DNA of 64,000 nucleotides from Candidatus Dormibacteria bacterium (GCA_046703825.1 JBJKSO010000087.1:57503-121502), one strand, 5' to 3'; positions 1 to 8,847 are shown, counted from the stretch's first letter. Notes: generated by a model from the sequence alone, not told the origin. Numbers and translations: made by a program.

Positions 1-1
1 C

Positions 2-244
2 AAGGCGGTGTTCGTGCTCTGGTTCTGCGCGATGGCCTTGCACGTCCTGGTCTACATCTGGCCCATGCCGAGCCGGTTGGCCGCCGAGTTCCAGCGCCGG
101 GGGGCGATGCTGCGCGGGCCTCTGGTACGCCTCGGGATGGTCGCCGCGAGCCTTCTCGCCGGAGGGTTCATGGCGGCGACGCTGCTACACCTCGCCACGG
201 CCTGGCTCAGCTGGGTGGTAACCGTGCCCGGCGGCGGGCAGTGA
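2..244 (+). CDS. C-terminal fragment of a hydrophobic membrane protein; the 5' end lies outside the window
   Basis: The open frame runs in from the left edge. GC3 is very high (almost all codons end in G or C) and the sequence is hydrophobic and helix-like (LWFCAMALHVLVYIW, AASLLAGGFMAATLLHLATAWL). No family is recognised. Confidence 0.4.
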   Translation, partial: KAVFVLWFCAMALHVLVYIWPMPSRLAAEFQRRGAMLRGPLVRLGMVAASLLAGGFMAATLLHLATAWLSWVVTVPGGGQ

Positions 245-245
245 C

Positions 246-683
246 CTAGCGGCCCAGGGCGAACCGACCCGAGGAAGGGCTGGACGCTACCGCCACCGCC
301 AGGCCCATAACGGCGAAGTCGCGCACCACCACGTCCGTCACCCCGTGAGCCACTAGCGAGATGACGATCTCCAGCATCAGCAGGGCTCCCACGCTGGCCG
401 CCGTTCGGGGGGCGACACCGAGCGCCAAAGCCACGCCGAGCACCGTCAACAGCCAGCCGTGGGCGAGCACGCCCACCACCGCCAGGGTGGAGGCGGCCGA
501 GACAATGGGCACGTACCCGGTCCACAGCTTGGGCTGCAGTAGCTCGTGCAGGCCGAACCACAGGAAGACCAGCGCCAGCGCCAGTCTCAGCCCGAGCTCA
601 ACCCACTCCCGCCGGCTCAGGCTGCTAGTCGTAGCCGCCGGCGCCGCCGGGAGTTCGGCGCCCGCCTGCGCGGGCAGGGGCAT
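246..683 (-). CDS. DoxX-family membrane protein
   Basis: The motif LRLALALVFLWFGLHELLQPKLW matches the DoxX signature, followed by several transmembrane (TM) helices. I took the start at the internal Met (MPLPAQ); the longer ORF extends to 755. Confidence 0.6.
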   Translation of the reverse strand: MPLPAQAGAELPAAPAATTSSLSRREWVELGLRLALALVFLWFGLHELLQPKLWTGYVPIVSAASTLAVVGVLAHGWLLTVLGVALALGVAPRTAASVGALLMLEIVISLVAHGVTDVVVRDFAVMGLAVAVASSPSSGRFALGR

Positions 684-720
684 CTGGCGGCGGGAGGTCT
701 GACGCGGCACGACTTCGGAC

Positions 721-1278
721 TCAGCCCAGCACGTGACCGGCGGCGTCAGTCGCAACGATGCCGTCGTCCGAGAAGTTGAATTCAGCGTTGCCGCTGTCGT
801 CGCCCAGGTTGGCCTCTATGAAGTAGATCTTGTCGCCGCCGGCGTAGGACTGCCGGATCGGCGACCCGCTTCCCGTCTTGGCGACCAGCTGGAGCTTGCC
901 TCCACTCGGCGTGACCGTGATCTGGAAGCCGGCCATGGCCAGTTGGGCGTTGCTGCTGGGATGGCCCGGGTAGATCTGGAATGCATAGGGGCCGTAGGCG
1001 GTGTTGGCCAAAAGCGGACCAACCTTGGGCGAGGCCGACGCCGACGGGGTGGGCGTGGGGCGGGCACTCGGTCCCGGAGTCGGTGAGCTGGCCTGGCCGG
1101 GAATCGAGTGCGATGCCGGAGATTGGCTTCCGGGTAGCGAGAGGCCCGGCGCGTGGAAGCCGTAGACGGCAAGCAGGGCCGCAGCCAAACCCGTGACCCC
1201 CAAGGCAGAGGCACCCAGGCCGCCAACCGACTCCCCGAGGATGCGGATGGTCAGTCTTCTCCGAGCGCGCGATGGCAT
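721..1278 (-). CDS. Secreted or anchored hypothetical protein with N-terminal signal/TM, a Pro/Ser/Thr-rich linker and a C-terminal globular domain
   Basis: The internal start MPSRARRRLTIRILGESVGGLGASALGVTGLAAALLAVYG gives a basic n-region followed by a hydrophobic stretch. A PTPTPSASASP linker follows. GC3 is coding-like and there is no family match. Confidence 0.45.
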   Translation of the reverse strand: MPSRARRRLTIRILGESVGGLGASALGVTGLAAALLAVYGFHAPGLSLPGSQSPASHSIPGQASSPTPGPSARPTPTPSASASPKVGPLLANTAYGPYAFQIYPGHPSSNAQLAMAGFQITVTPSGGKLQLVAKTGSGSPIRQSYAGGDKIYFIEANLGDDSGNAEFNFSDDGIVATDAAGHVLG

Positions 1279-1618
1279 CGGGTGATTATGCCCAACTGCG
1301 CCAAGGTGGCCGCCCCGGGGCGCCGCGGGACTCCTCGCGGCCACCAAGCGTCTGCCGCGGACACGGTGAGCTCGCAGCGCTCGGTCAGGCGGATGTCACG
1401 GCCCACCGGATCTATCGGTGGGCCGGCGCTGCGCATCCGCCAGAGTCGGAGTCACACCAAACTTACCAAGCCTCACTTCTGGGCCACGGATCCGCCACGA
1501 AAGCTGGACGTGAGTTTCAGGGCGTTGAGCCACAGCTACTTTGCCTGCATCGCTCGTTCGAGGCCCGACAGGACCCGTCGAGCGTCAGACATACAAAAGC
1601 AAGAGGTGGTAAAGCGCG

Positions 1619-2290
1619 ATGTTCGGATGGCAAGTTGACAAGCTCAGAGTGGGGATCCTGCTCGTCGGGCTGGCCGGAGCAGGTCTTCTGGCCGGCACCC
1701 TGACGATGACCCTGGGTGGGTTCAGTGCCACGGTCGTGAACAACACAAACCTGGCGGCTTCGGGGACGATCCTGCTGCAGGAAGGCCAGGGCGCCACCAC
1801 ATGCCTGTCCACGTCCTCCACCACAATCACCACCAACAGCGCCAACTGCACCTCGGTCAGCCTTTTCGGGCTCAGCAACGCCGAGCCGGGTGGGACGCCC
1901 TCAACCTCGACTGTGAACTTCAAGAACGTGGGCACCCTCAACGCCACCACCTTCGCGATGCAGACCGCCGGGTGCACGGCCGCCGCCAACACCGCCACGT
2001 CTCCCTACAGCGGCAGCGACACCAGCGGCTTCTGCGGGAAGGTCGACGTCACCGTTGAGAACGCAACCACCGGGAACTGCGTCTATCCCGCCGGTAGCGG
2101 GAGTTGCCCGGCGGTGAGCGGCAGCGACACGCTGGCCGGCCTAGCAAGCCTGGGCACGGTTGGCCTGGGCGGCCTCAACAGCGGCTCGGCCGAGAGCTTT
2201 CTGATCACAACTCAGCTGGACAGCAGCGCCACCAACGCGGACCAGGGACTCAGCGCCAGCGAGGACGTGACCTGGACTCTTAGTCAGTAA
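1619..2290 (+). CDS. Secreted protein with a SipW-cognate (TasA/camelysin-like) N-terminal signal region; small paralog
   Basis: The N-terminus is LLVGLAGAGLLAGTLTMTLGGFSATVVNNTNLAASGTILL. This matches the TasA-type pattern (hydrophobic core, then GGT-x-A-x-F-x-D, then ASGTLDL). A GAGGTGG RBS sits 9 nt upstream of the ATG. The protein has 6 Cys and a Thr/Ser-rich body. Its C-terminal block is homologous to the C-terminus of the next gene. Confidence 0.7.
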   Translation: MFGWQVDKLRVGILLVGLAGAGLLAGTLTMTLGGFSATVVNNTNLAASGTILLQEGQGATTCLSTSSTTITTNSANCTSVSLFGLSNAEPGGTPSTSTVNFKNVGTLNATTFAMQTAGCTAAANTATSPYSGSDTSGFCGKVDVTVENATTGNCVYPAGSGSCPAVSGSDTLAGLASLGTVGLGGLNSGSAESFLITTQLDSSATNADQGLSASEDVTWTLSQ

Positions 2291-2295
2291 GCCTC

Positions 2296-4296
2296 TTGGT
2301 CAAGCCGCCGTCACTCCACGCGGCAGCGCGGGCGGGAATCCTGCTAGCGCTGGGAGTGACGGCGGCTTTGACGTTCCAGGCCACAGGAGGCTTCAGTGCC
2401 GGAGTTGTCAACCGCGGCAGCACGGCTGGAAGCGGGACGCTGCTCCTGCAGGCAACCGCCAACTCAGCAAACTGCACCTCCAGCCCCCAGGTGATCACCT
2501 CTGACACCCAGAGCTGTCCCACCCCACTGCTCCCCCAGGGCTCGCTCCAGTTCCAGGGAGGGGCTCCGGCCCCCACCCTGGTGCAGTCCAACAGCCAGTA
2601 CGACCAGAGAGCCGATGTGACGTCGGCAACGCTGACACTTGCGCAGACCACGACCGCCGGCGATCTGCTGGTGATGGGAATCGCGTACACACCACGCAAC
2701 GCTCAGCCGACGATCACGCTGGCTGACGGCACGACCAACGTGTGGTCGGCCAGTCCGTCCGACGCGTACGCCGACAGCGGCGCGGCCATCTACTACGTGT
2801 CCGACGCCGCGGCAGTCAGCGGTGGCATCACCGTCAGCTTCAGCTCGCCGGTGCGCAAGCCCAGCTTGTTCTTCTACGAGTTCTCAGGCGCCCGTGCCGG
2901 CTCTCCCCTTGATACCTCGGGTAGCAACAGCAGCAGCAGCCAAGCCGCCATCTCGGTCGCCGCTAGCGCTCCCACGGCGGTGGCCAACGAGGTGGCGGTG
3001 GCGGTGGTGAGCACCGCCTCCGGCGACTCGCTGCCAAGCCCGCCCTGGACCAATCAGGCCTACGGAAATGCCGCCTACGCGACGGTTGTCGCATCCGGGA
3101 GTACCGCTTCCTTCAGCACGACCACCCTGGACAGCTTCGCCGCGACCATCGCCTCCTTCGAACCAACGCTCCGGGCCGACCCACTCTCGGGAGCGGCCAC
3201 GCTCACCAACACCGGTTCGGAAGCGGGCGCCGCGAGCTTGACACCGGCAGCCTGCGGTCCACTGGGTGCCCTGGACGCCAGCCCATCCGCCAGCAACCCC
3301 GGACTGCTGGAGTCCGGGGTTGTCGAGAACCTCGCTGGCCCCCTCCCCGGGTCAGGGGCCATGGGCTTTTCGGGCAACCAAATGATCAACACCACCACCT
3401 CTTACTTTGACCCCAATCCGGTGTCCGAGGCCACCTGGTTCAAGACGACCAGCTCGGGGACGCTCATGGGAGCCAGCAACGCCCAGGGGAACACGGGACA
3501 GTCCAATTGGGATCGCCAGATCTGGGTGGACAACTCCGGCTACGTCGTTTTCGGCGTCTACAACGGCGGCTTTTACGAGGCCAAGAGCTCGAGCCCCTAC
3601 AACGACGGCAAGTGGCATCTGGTGGTCGCCACCATCGGCAGCAACGGCATGCAGCTGTACATCGACGACACCCTGGTAGGGAGCAACCCCCAGGCGACCA
3701 CGCCGCAGAACTACAGCGCCTACTGGCACCTGGGATGGGACTCAGAGGCGAACAACTGGCCGGACGCGCCCTCGTCCTCGTACTTCGTCGGAGACCTGGC
3801 CGATGCCGCGGTGTTCCCCGGCCAGCTGAGTGCCAGCCAGGCGGGCAGCTTGTGGAGCGCCAGCGGGAGCCAGACCGCCTACGCGGCCGGAGTGGATGCT
3901 CTCTCTCCCACTTCATTCTGGCCTCTGCAGGACAACGGTTACCTCTACCCCGACGCCATCTCCGGGAGCAGCCCATCCCAAGTCTGCCGTTACGTCGGCG
4001 TCACCATGGAGCTGTCCGGCGCCAGCCCCCGCTGCCTGCTGCCGGCCAGCCCGGGTAGCTGCCCGGCTCTCGATGGAAGCTCGGACTCGACCCTCTCCGG
4101 CTGGTCGTCGGTTCTTTCGCTCGGCAACCTCGCTCCCGGCGGAGCGGCCGCGGTGGTGATCCAGCTGGTTCTGGAGGGGACGCCGCCCGCTGTGCTGCAG
4201 GGGCTGCAGCCCTCACTTTCGGTCACCGCGGCGCTGAGCAATGCCAGCTGGAGCGCCAGCGTCCTTTACGGAGACCAGCAAATTGTCCTGGGGTGA
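2296..4296 (+). CDS. Large secreted SipW-cognate protein with an internal LamG/concanavalin-A-like lectin domain; putative adhesin or fibre subunit
   Basis: The N-terminus LTFQATGGFSAGVVNRGSTAGSGTLLLQATANSANCTS parallels gene 1619-2290, which has TNSANCTS. The central region reads WFKTTSSGTLMGASNAQG...NWDRQIWVDNSGYVVFGVYNGG...DGKWHLVVATIGSNGMQLYIDDTLVGS, typical of a Laminin_G_3 / ConA-like fold. The C-terminus PGSCPALDGSSDSTLSGWSSVLSLGNL aligns with SGSCPAVSGSDTLAGLASLG of the small paralog. Confidence 0.75.
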   Translation: MVKPPSLHAAARAGILLALGVTAALTFQATGGFSAGVVNRGSTAGSGTLLLQATANSANCTSSPQVITSDTQSCPTPLLPQGSLQFQGGAPAPTLVQSNSQYDQRADVTSATLTLAQTTTAGDLLVMGIAYTPRNAQPTITLADGTTNVWSASPSDAYADSGAAIYYVSDAAAVSGGITVSFSSPVRKPSLFFYEFSGARAGSPLDTSGSNSSSSQAAISVAASAPTAVANEVAVAVVSTASGDSLPSPPWTNQAYGNAAYATVVASGSTASFSTTTLDSFAATIASFEPTLRADPLSGAATLTNTGSEAGAASLTPAACGPLGALDASPSASNPGLLESGVVENLAGPLPGSGAMGFSGNQMINTTTSYFDPNPVSEATWFKTTSSGTLMGASNAQGNTGQSNWDRQIWVDNSGYVVFGVYNGGFYEAKSSSPYNDGKWHLVVATIGSNGMQLYIDDTLVGSNPQATTPQNYSAYWHLGWDSEANNWPDAPSSSYFVGDLADAAVFPGQLSASQAGSLWSASGSQTAYAAGVDALSPTSFWPLQDNGYLYPDAISGSSPSQVCRYVGVTMELSGASPRCLLPASPGSCPALDGSSDSTLSGWSSVLSLGNLAPGGAAAVVIQLVLEGTPPAVLQGLQPSLSVTAALSNASWSASVLYGDQQIVLG

Positions 4297-5179
4297 GTCC
4301 CGGCGCCACCTATGGACCCGGTTGGCGCTCGCGCTCACCTTCGCCGGTTGCCTGGCGCTGGCGGCACTGGCGGGTTGGTGGGTGCTCACGGGTGGCCGCT
4401 GGATGGTGATGACGACGCCGTCCATGAGCCCCCGGATCCCGGTCGGGGCCTTGGTGGTGACCCGGGCAGTCACGGCCCCGCCGCGCCCCGGGAGCGTGGT
4501 CGCGTTCGTGCCCCCTGGACAGACGGTCACCTTCGTGCACGAGATCGTGGGGGGCAACCGCACGAGCGGCTATCTCACCAAGGGCCTCCTCGACTCGCAC
4601 CCCGATCCATGGAGGCTTCCACCCTCCGACATCAGCGGGACCGAGGTCATCGCCATTCCCGTCCTGGGTTGGGTGGCCCGTGGCCTGCCCTGGCTGCTGG
4701 CGGCGGTGTTCCTCTGGTGGTCGGCGGGCTTCGCGTTCCGCTGGCGGACCGGGCGCGAACTCAGCTGGCTGGCGCTGATTCCGGCTGCCACCGTTTTGGC
4801 GGCGGAGTGGAAACCACTGATCAACGCTCAGGTTGTGGCTGCGGTGGTCCGGGGTCACCGCGTCCACGTGTTCCTGGTCTCAACCGGCGTCCTGCCGGAA
4901 CGGATCAGCTTCGACGGGCGGCCCAGCCGCTTGGTGGCACCAGGACATCCGGCCTGGTTCAGCTTCGCTCGTCCCAGCGGAAACGTGGTAGGCGCCCATC
5001 TCTGGGCCGCGCTGGACTGGTGGGAGCTCGTGCTGCTGGCGCTGCTGTGCACCTTGCCGCTGCTGCTCTGCCTGCGGCTGATCGGCAGGGTGAACCGGCA
5101 ATCGGCACCCCCGCCTGGACGGGGTCTTCTGCCCAGGCTCTCCGTCTTCAAAGTCGGCCAGCGAGTCTCCGGTACCTAA
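4241..5179 (+). CDS. Type I signal peptidase of the SipW/archaeal-ER type (S26) with a C-terminal multi-TM extension
   Basis: An N-terminal TM anchor (RLALALTFAGCLALAALAGWWVL) is followed by TTPSMSPRIPVGALVV, which corresponds to the SMEP catalytic-Ser box. GSVVAFVPPGQTVTFVHEIVG corresponds to the GDIVVF...HRVIG box. About 170 extra residues then carry three hydrophobic helices. The gene overlaps the upstream gene by 56 bp in another frame, so the exact start is uncertain. Confidence 0.7.
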   Translation: MPAGAPASFTETSKLSWGESRRHLWTRLALALTFAGCLALAALAGWWVLTGGRWMVMTTPSMSPRIPVGALVVTRAVTAPPRPGSVVAFVPPGQTVTFVHEIVGGNRTSGYLTKGLLDSHPDPWRLPPSDISGTEVIAIPVLGWVARGLPWLLAAVFLWWSAGFAFRWRTGRELSWLALIPAATVLAAEWKPLINAQVVAAVVRGHRVHVFLVSTGVLPERISFDGRPSRLVAPGHPAWFSFARPSGNVVGAHLWAALDWWELVLLALLCTLPLLLCLRLIGRVNRQSAPPPGRGLLPRLSVFKVGQRVSGT

Positions 5180-5217
5180 CGGCCGCCGGCTCCGGCCGCC
5201 CTCGCTAGTCTTGGTCC

Positions 5218-6165
5218 GTGAGGGCCGTGACCATCCGCGAAGGCGAGGTGGTCTTCACCGACCAGGAAGACCCCGTCGCCGGCGACCGCCAGCTCCTGGT
5301 AAGGGTGGCCGCCGCAGGTCTGAACGGAGCGGACCTGATCCAGGTGCGGGGCGGCTACCCCCCGCCTCCCGGCATCCGAGCCGATATTCCCGGCCTGGAG
5401 CTGGCCGGCGAAGTGGTGTCAGTTGGGCGGATGGTCGAGCGCTTCGGGGTCGGAGACCAGGTGATGGCGCTCGCGGGCGGGGCAGCCCAAGCCGAGCTGG
5501 CGGTGGTTGACGAGGATTGCGCCTTGCCGGTACCGGACGGCCTTTCCATCGAGGCCGCCGGCGGCTTCTGCGAGACATTCTTCACGGCCTATGACGCCCT
5601 GTTCCGTCAGGCGGGACTGGCCATGGGTGAGCGCGTACTGGTCACCGGAGCCGCCGGCGGGGTCGGTACCGCCGCGGTCCAGCTGGTTCGGCTGGCGGGC
5701 GCGCTGCCTATCGCGTCGAGCCGCCACGCCGACCTGCTGCCCGAGCTGGCCCGACTTGGTGCCGCCGCGGCGCTCGGCCCCGATGAGGCCCTGGAGCAGG
5801 GTCCCTTCCAGGTGGTCCTGGAGCTGGTGGGAGCTCCGAGCCTTGGACCGGTGCTCCACCATCTCGCGGAGGGCGCCCGAATCGTGGTAGTGGGCATTGC
5901 TGCCGGGGCGCAGCTCCAGCTCGACCTGGGCCGGATGATGCGCAGGCGGGCCTCGCTGCGGGGTACCACCTTGCGCTCCCGTACCCGCTCGGAGAAGGGC
6001 GAGCTGACGCGCCAGATCGCCTGGCACCTGCTCCCCCTCCTTGGCAACGGTGACCTGAGCGTTCCTCTGGCGGCCTCCTATCCCATGGACCAGGCGCCTG
6101 CGGCCTACGCACGGTTCCGTGCTGGTGCGAAGTTGGGCAAAGTCATCCTCACCGCCCGGCCTTGA
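5218..6165 (+). CDS. Zn-dependent alcohol dehydrogenase / NADPH:quinone oxidoreductase family (MDR superfamily)
   Basis: There is a GroES-like N-terminus, a Rossmann motif VLVTGAAGGVGTAAVQL, and overall architecture of the quinone oxidoreductase family. The start is GTG. Confidence 0.85.
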   Translation: MRAVTIREGEVVFTDQEDPVAGDRQLLVRVAAAGLNGADLIQVRGGYPPPPGIRADIPGLELAGEVVSVGRMVERFGVGDQVMALAGGAAQAELAVVDEDCALPVPDGLSIEAAGGFCETFFTAYDALFRQAGLAMGERVLVTGAAGGVGTAAVQLVRLAGALPIASSRHADLLPELARLGAAAALGPDEALEQGPFQVVLELVGAPSLGPVLHHLAEGARIVVVGIAAGAQLQLDLGRMMRRRASLRGTTLRSRTRSEKGELTRQIAWHLLPLLGNGDLSVPLAASYPMDQAPAAYARFRAGAKLGKVILTARP

Positions 6166-6737
6166 GCGCGGCCGCTGAGCCCTCCGGCCCATCGCGCCGG
6201 TACCTGGCGCTCTTGGGCTTGCTCGCGGCAGAGCGGCTGGCCGAGCTTGCGGTCTCCAATCGACGCGAGCGCGGTCTGACCGACGTCAAGCCAGTCCCTA
6301 GGGGCTACCGGGTCATGGTCGTCACCCATGTCCTCCTCTTCCTTCTCCCGCCGCTTGAGCTGCGCCGGCTCGGCTGCGGGCGGCCGGGGCGGCGCTGGTG
6401 GCTTGGTCTGCTGCTCTCCGCCACTCTCCTTCGAATCTGGTGCATCCGCAGCCTGGGTCCCTGGTGGAACGTGCGCGCCTCAGTTTCCGGGCAGACCCGG
6501 GTGGTGGCCACTGGCCCCTACCGCTGGGTCCGGCACCCCAACTACCTAGCCGTGGCGGTGGAGATGGCCTCCGTCCCCATGGTCGGCGGAGCCTGGCGGT
6601 CGGCAGTCGGGCTCTCCATCGCCAACTCAGCGATCCTGCGTCAACGGATCCGAGCCGAGGAGAAGCTGCTCGACCAGCTACCCGGCTACCGAGAGGCCTT
6701 TGCCGGCCGGACGCGCTTCATTCCGGGCTTCTTCTGA
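6162..6737 (+). CDS. Isoprenylcysteine carboxyl methyltransferase (ICMT/PEMT) family membrane methyltransferase
   Basis: Multiple TM helices and the hallmark GPYRWVRHPNYLAV near the C-terminus. A TTG start overlaps the upstream stop by 4 bp, which suggests co-transcription with the quinone oxidoreductase. Confidence 0.75.
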   Translation: MSAAAEPSGPSRRYLALLGLLAAERLAELAVSNRRERGLTDVKPVPRGYRVMVVTHVLLFLLPPLELRRLGCGRPGRRWWLGLLLSATLLRIWCIRSLGPWWNVRASVSGQTRVVATGPYRWVRHPNYLAVAVEMASVPMVGGAWRSAVGLSIANSAILRQRIRAEEKLLDQLPGYREAFAGRTRFIPGFF

Positions 6738-7710
6738 GCTCGGCCAGTTCCACGGTCACCCCCGGGCCAAACGCCAGGCTGAGTCCCTGACCCCAGGCCG
6801 ACGGGGCAGCGGCCATGACGAAGAACAGCGACGCCGACGACAGGTTGCCGAAGCGAGCGAACACGTCCCGAGACACCACCAGGCCGCCCGGCGCCAGGCC
6901 CAGAGCAGACTCCACCGCGTCAAAGATGCGCGGGCCCCCGGCGTGCACCGCCAGAAAGTCGGATTCCGGCGCCCCGAACTCGCGCAGCACTTGGGGAAGC
7001 GCGCGCTCGATCAGCCGGGGCAGGCGGCGGTCGAGAACCGGATGAAAGCCGTCGTCACGAAGCTGGAAACCCAGGAGATCCTCGGAGTCGGCGATCAGGT
7101 GCGACTCGACCCGCTCGACCAACGGTCCCGGACCGGTGGCGCCCACGACAGCAGCCGACGCCCCATCGCCGAACACCAGCGCCGCCGCCAGGTTGTCGGC
7201 GGACCGATCGTCGGGATGGAAGCTGAGCGAGCACAGCTCGACACAAACCACCAGCGCTAGCCCGACTCGGCCCGAGTCCACCATGCGGTGAGCCAGCGCC
7301 AGCCCGGCGGCCCCGCCGGAGCAGCCGAGCTCGGTGATGGGCAGGCGGATCACCTGGGATTTGAGGGGCAGCGCTTTTGCCAGACGCACGTCCAGCGAAG
7401 GAGCCATATAACCAGTACACGACACCGAAATCACGACGTCCACCGCGTCGGAGGAAAGCCCCGCGTGTGCCAGCGCCTCCCGGGCGGCGACTTCGGCCAG
7501 CCGGGGCGCCTGCGCCGCGTAGACCGCCATCCGGGTCCCAAGGCTCCGGCGGCTGAACACGAGCTCCGCCGGGTCGACCGTGAACCGGCTGCCCAGGTGC
7601 ATCTCCTGGTGTCTGAGGTGTGGCCAGGTGAGGCCGAGGGCGGCCTGCGCCTGCTCGGGCGAGAGCCGGTGCTCTGGGAGGGCGGTGCCCAGCCCCAGGA
7701 TGCGGCTCAT
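6718..7710 (-). CDS. Type III polyketide synthase (chalcone/stilbene synthase family)
   Basis: Start MSRILGLGTALPEHRLSPEQ. The active-site Cys context is VISVSCTGYMAPSLD, and there is a C-terminal GCSGGAAGL...FGPG signature. The longer ORF reaches 7902, but I prefer the internal Met, which gives a 4 bp overlap with the upstream oxidoreductase stop. Confidence 0.85.
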   Translation of the reverse strand: MSRILGLGTALPEHRLSPEQAQAALGLTWPHLRHQEMHLGSRFTVDPAELVFSRRSLGTRMAVYAAQAPRLAEVAAREALAHAGLSSDAVDVVISVSCTGYMAPSLDVRLAKALPLKSQVIRLPITELGCSGGAAGLALAHRMVDSGRVGLALVVCVELCSLSFHPDDRSADNLAAALVFGDGASAAVVGATGPGPLVERVESHLIADSEDLLGFQLRDDGFHPVLDRRLPRLIERALPQVLREFGAPESDFLAVHAGGPRIFDAVESALGLAPGGLVVSRDVFARFGNLSSASLFFVMAAAPSAWGQGLSLAFGPGVTVELAELRRSPE

Positions 7711-8835
7711 CGCCGCATCCCCGCGACCACCGCCCAATCCGCGGCCGTAAGGCTCCGCAGGCGCCGCAGCCCCTGGCTGGCGTCCACCAAGGCCTGGAGG
7801 GTTTCGGGGTGGCGCCCGAGCGCCCGCAGCGAACGCGAGCTCTGCGCCGGTCGACCGCTCAACCACAGCGCCAACCGGGTCACCGCCTTTCGCCGGCGCC
7901 ACTGCTGGTCGAACCAGCTCGCGTAGCGGGCGGCGGCTCCGCCGGGGTCTCTCCTTAGCAAATCCGCCAGCACGCGCGCCTGTTCCAGGCCCGCCGCCAA
8001 GGCGTCGCCGGTGAGCGGATCCAGAAACCCGGCCGCGTCGCCGGCGAGGAAGATGCGCCCGCGGGCGACGGAGGTCCGGGCGATGCCGAATGGCCCCGCG
8101 CCCCTGAGCCGGCCCACCATAGGAGCTTGGGCTAAGCGCGGGTCGACTCGGGCCAGCGCTCGCCGATAGCTGCCGCTGACCGAGTTCCCGGGGTCGCGCA
8201 GAGCCCCCCTCAACCCAAGTACCGCGGCCAGCACCTCCCGATCCCCCACCGGGGCCACGTAGACCTCGGAGCGGCCTAGAAGGGTTACCTCCACGTCCCG
8301 GCTCAGAGGAAGCATCTCAAGGTGGCCCACCAGGGCATAGCGGCGGCGAGCCGATTCCCGGCCACGAGCCCAGGGCAGCGATCGCGCCAGGCGGGAGCGC
8401 ATCCCGTCGGCGAGCACGACCGACGCCGCGGTGAAGGTACCTGCACTGGTTTCTACCTCTACGCTCCGACCGAGGTCGGCGACTCCGCGCACGGTCACCC
8501 CGGTGCGGACCCCAGCTCGCGCCGCCAACAACGAGTCCAGGCGCAGGCGGCGGGTACCAAACCCCACCCCCTGCGAGAAGGAGGCGCGCGCCGGCTCGCC
8601 GCCCTCGAGGCGGTAGCTGACCCCCGCCAGCGCCGGAAACCCCTCGCGCGCGAGATCCAAACCCAGCTCGGCCAGCACACGGGCGCCGTTGGGCATCAGC
8701 CCCTCGCCACAGACCTTGTCGCGGGGAAAGCGGGAGGACTCGAGTACCAGCGCGTCCGGGACCCCCATCCCGATGGCCGCCCCCACCGGGCCCCCGCCGA
8801 CGACGATGAGCGAGGCGTCCACGACCAGGAACCTA
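7707..8835 (-). CDS. FAD-dependent oxidoreductase (geranylgeranyl-reductase / flavin monooxygenase-like)
   Basis: Dinucleotide-binding motif LIVVGGGPVGAAIG near the N-terminus and FLAGDAAGFLDPLTGDALAAG near the C-terminus. The ORF extends to 9008, but the ligase gene ends at 8848, so the start is probably a GTG/TTG near 8835. Confidence 0.7.
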
Positions 8836-8847
8836 GCAGAGCTCTGC

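Noticed and set aside
4312-5208. A 298 aa plus-strand ORF in another frame of the signal-peptidase region
   Set aside because: It is Gly/Arg/Pro-rich with no hydrophobic segments. The overlapping frame (4241-5179) carries the S26 catalytic boxes and TM helices.
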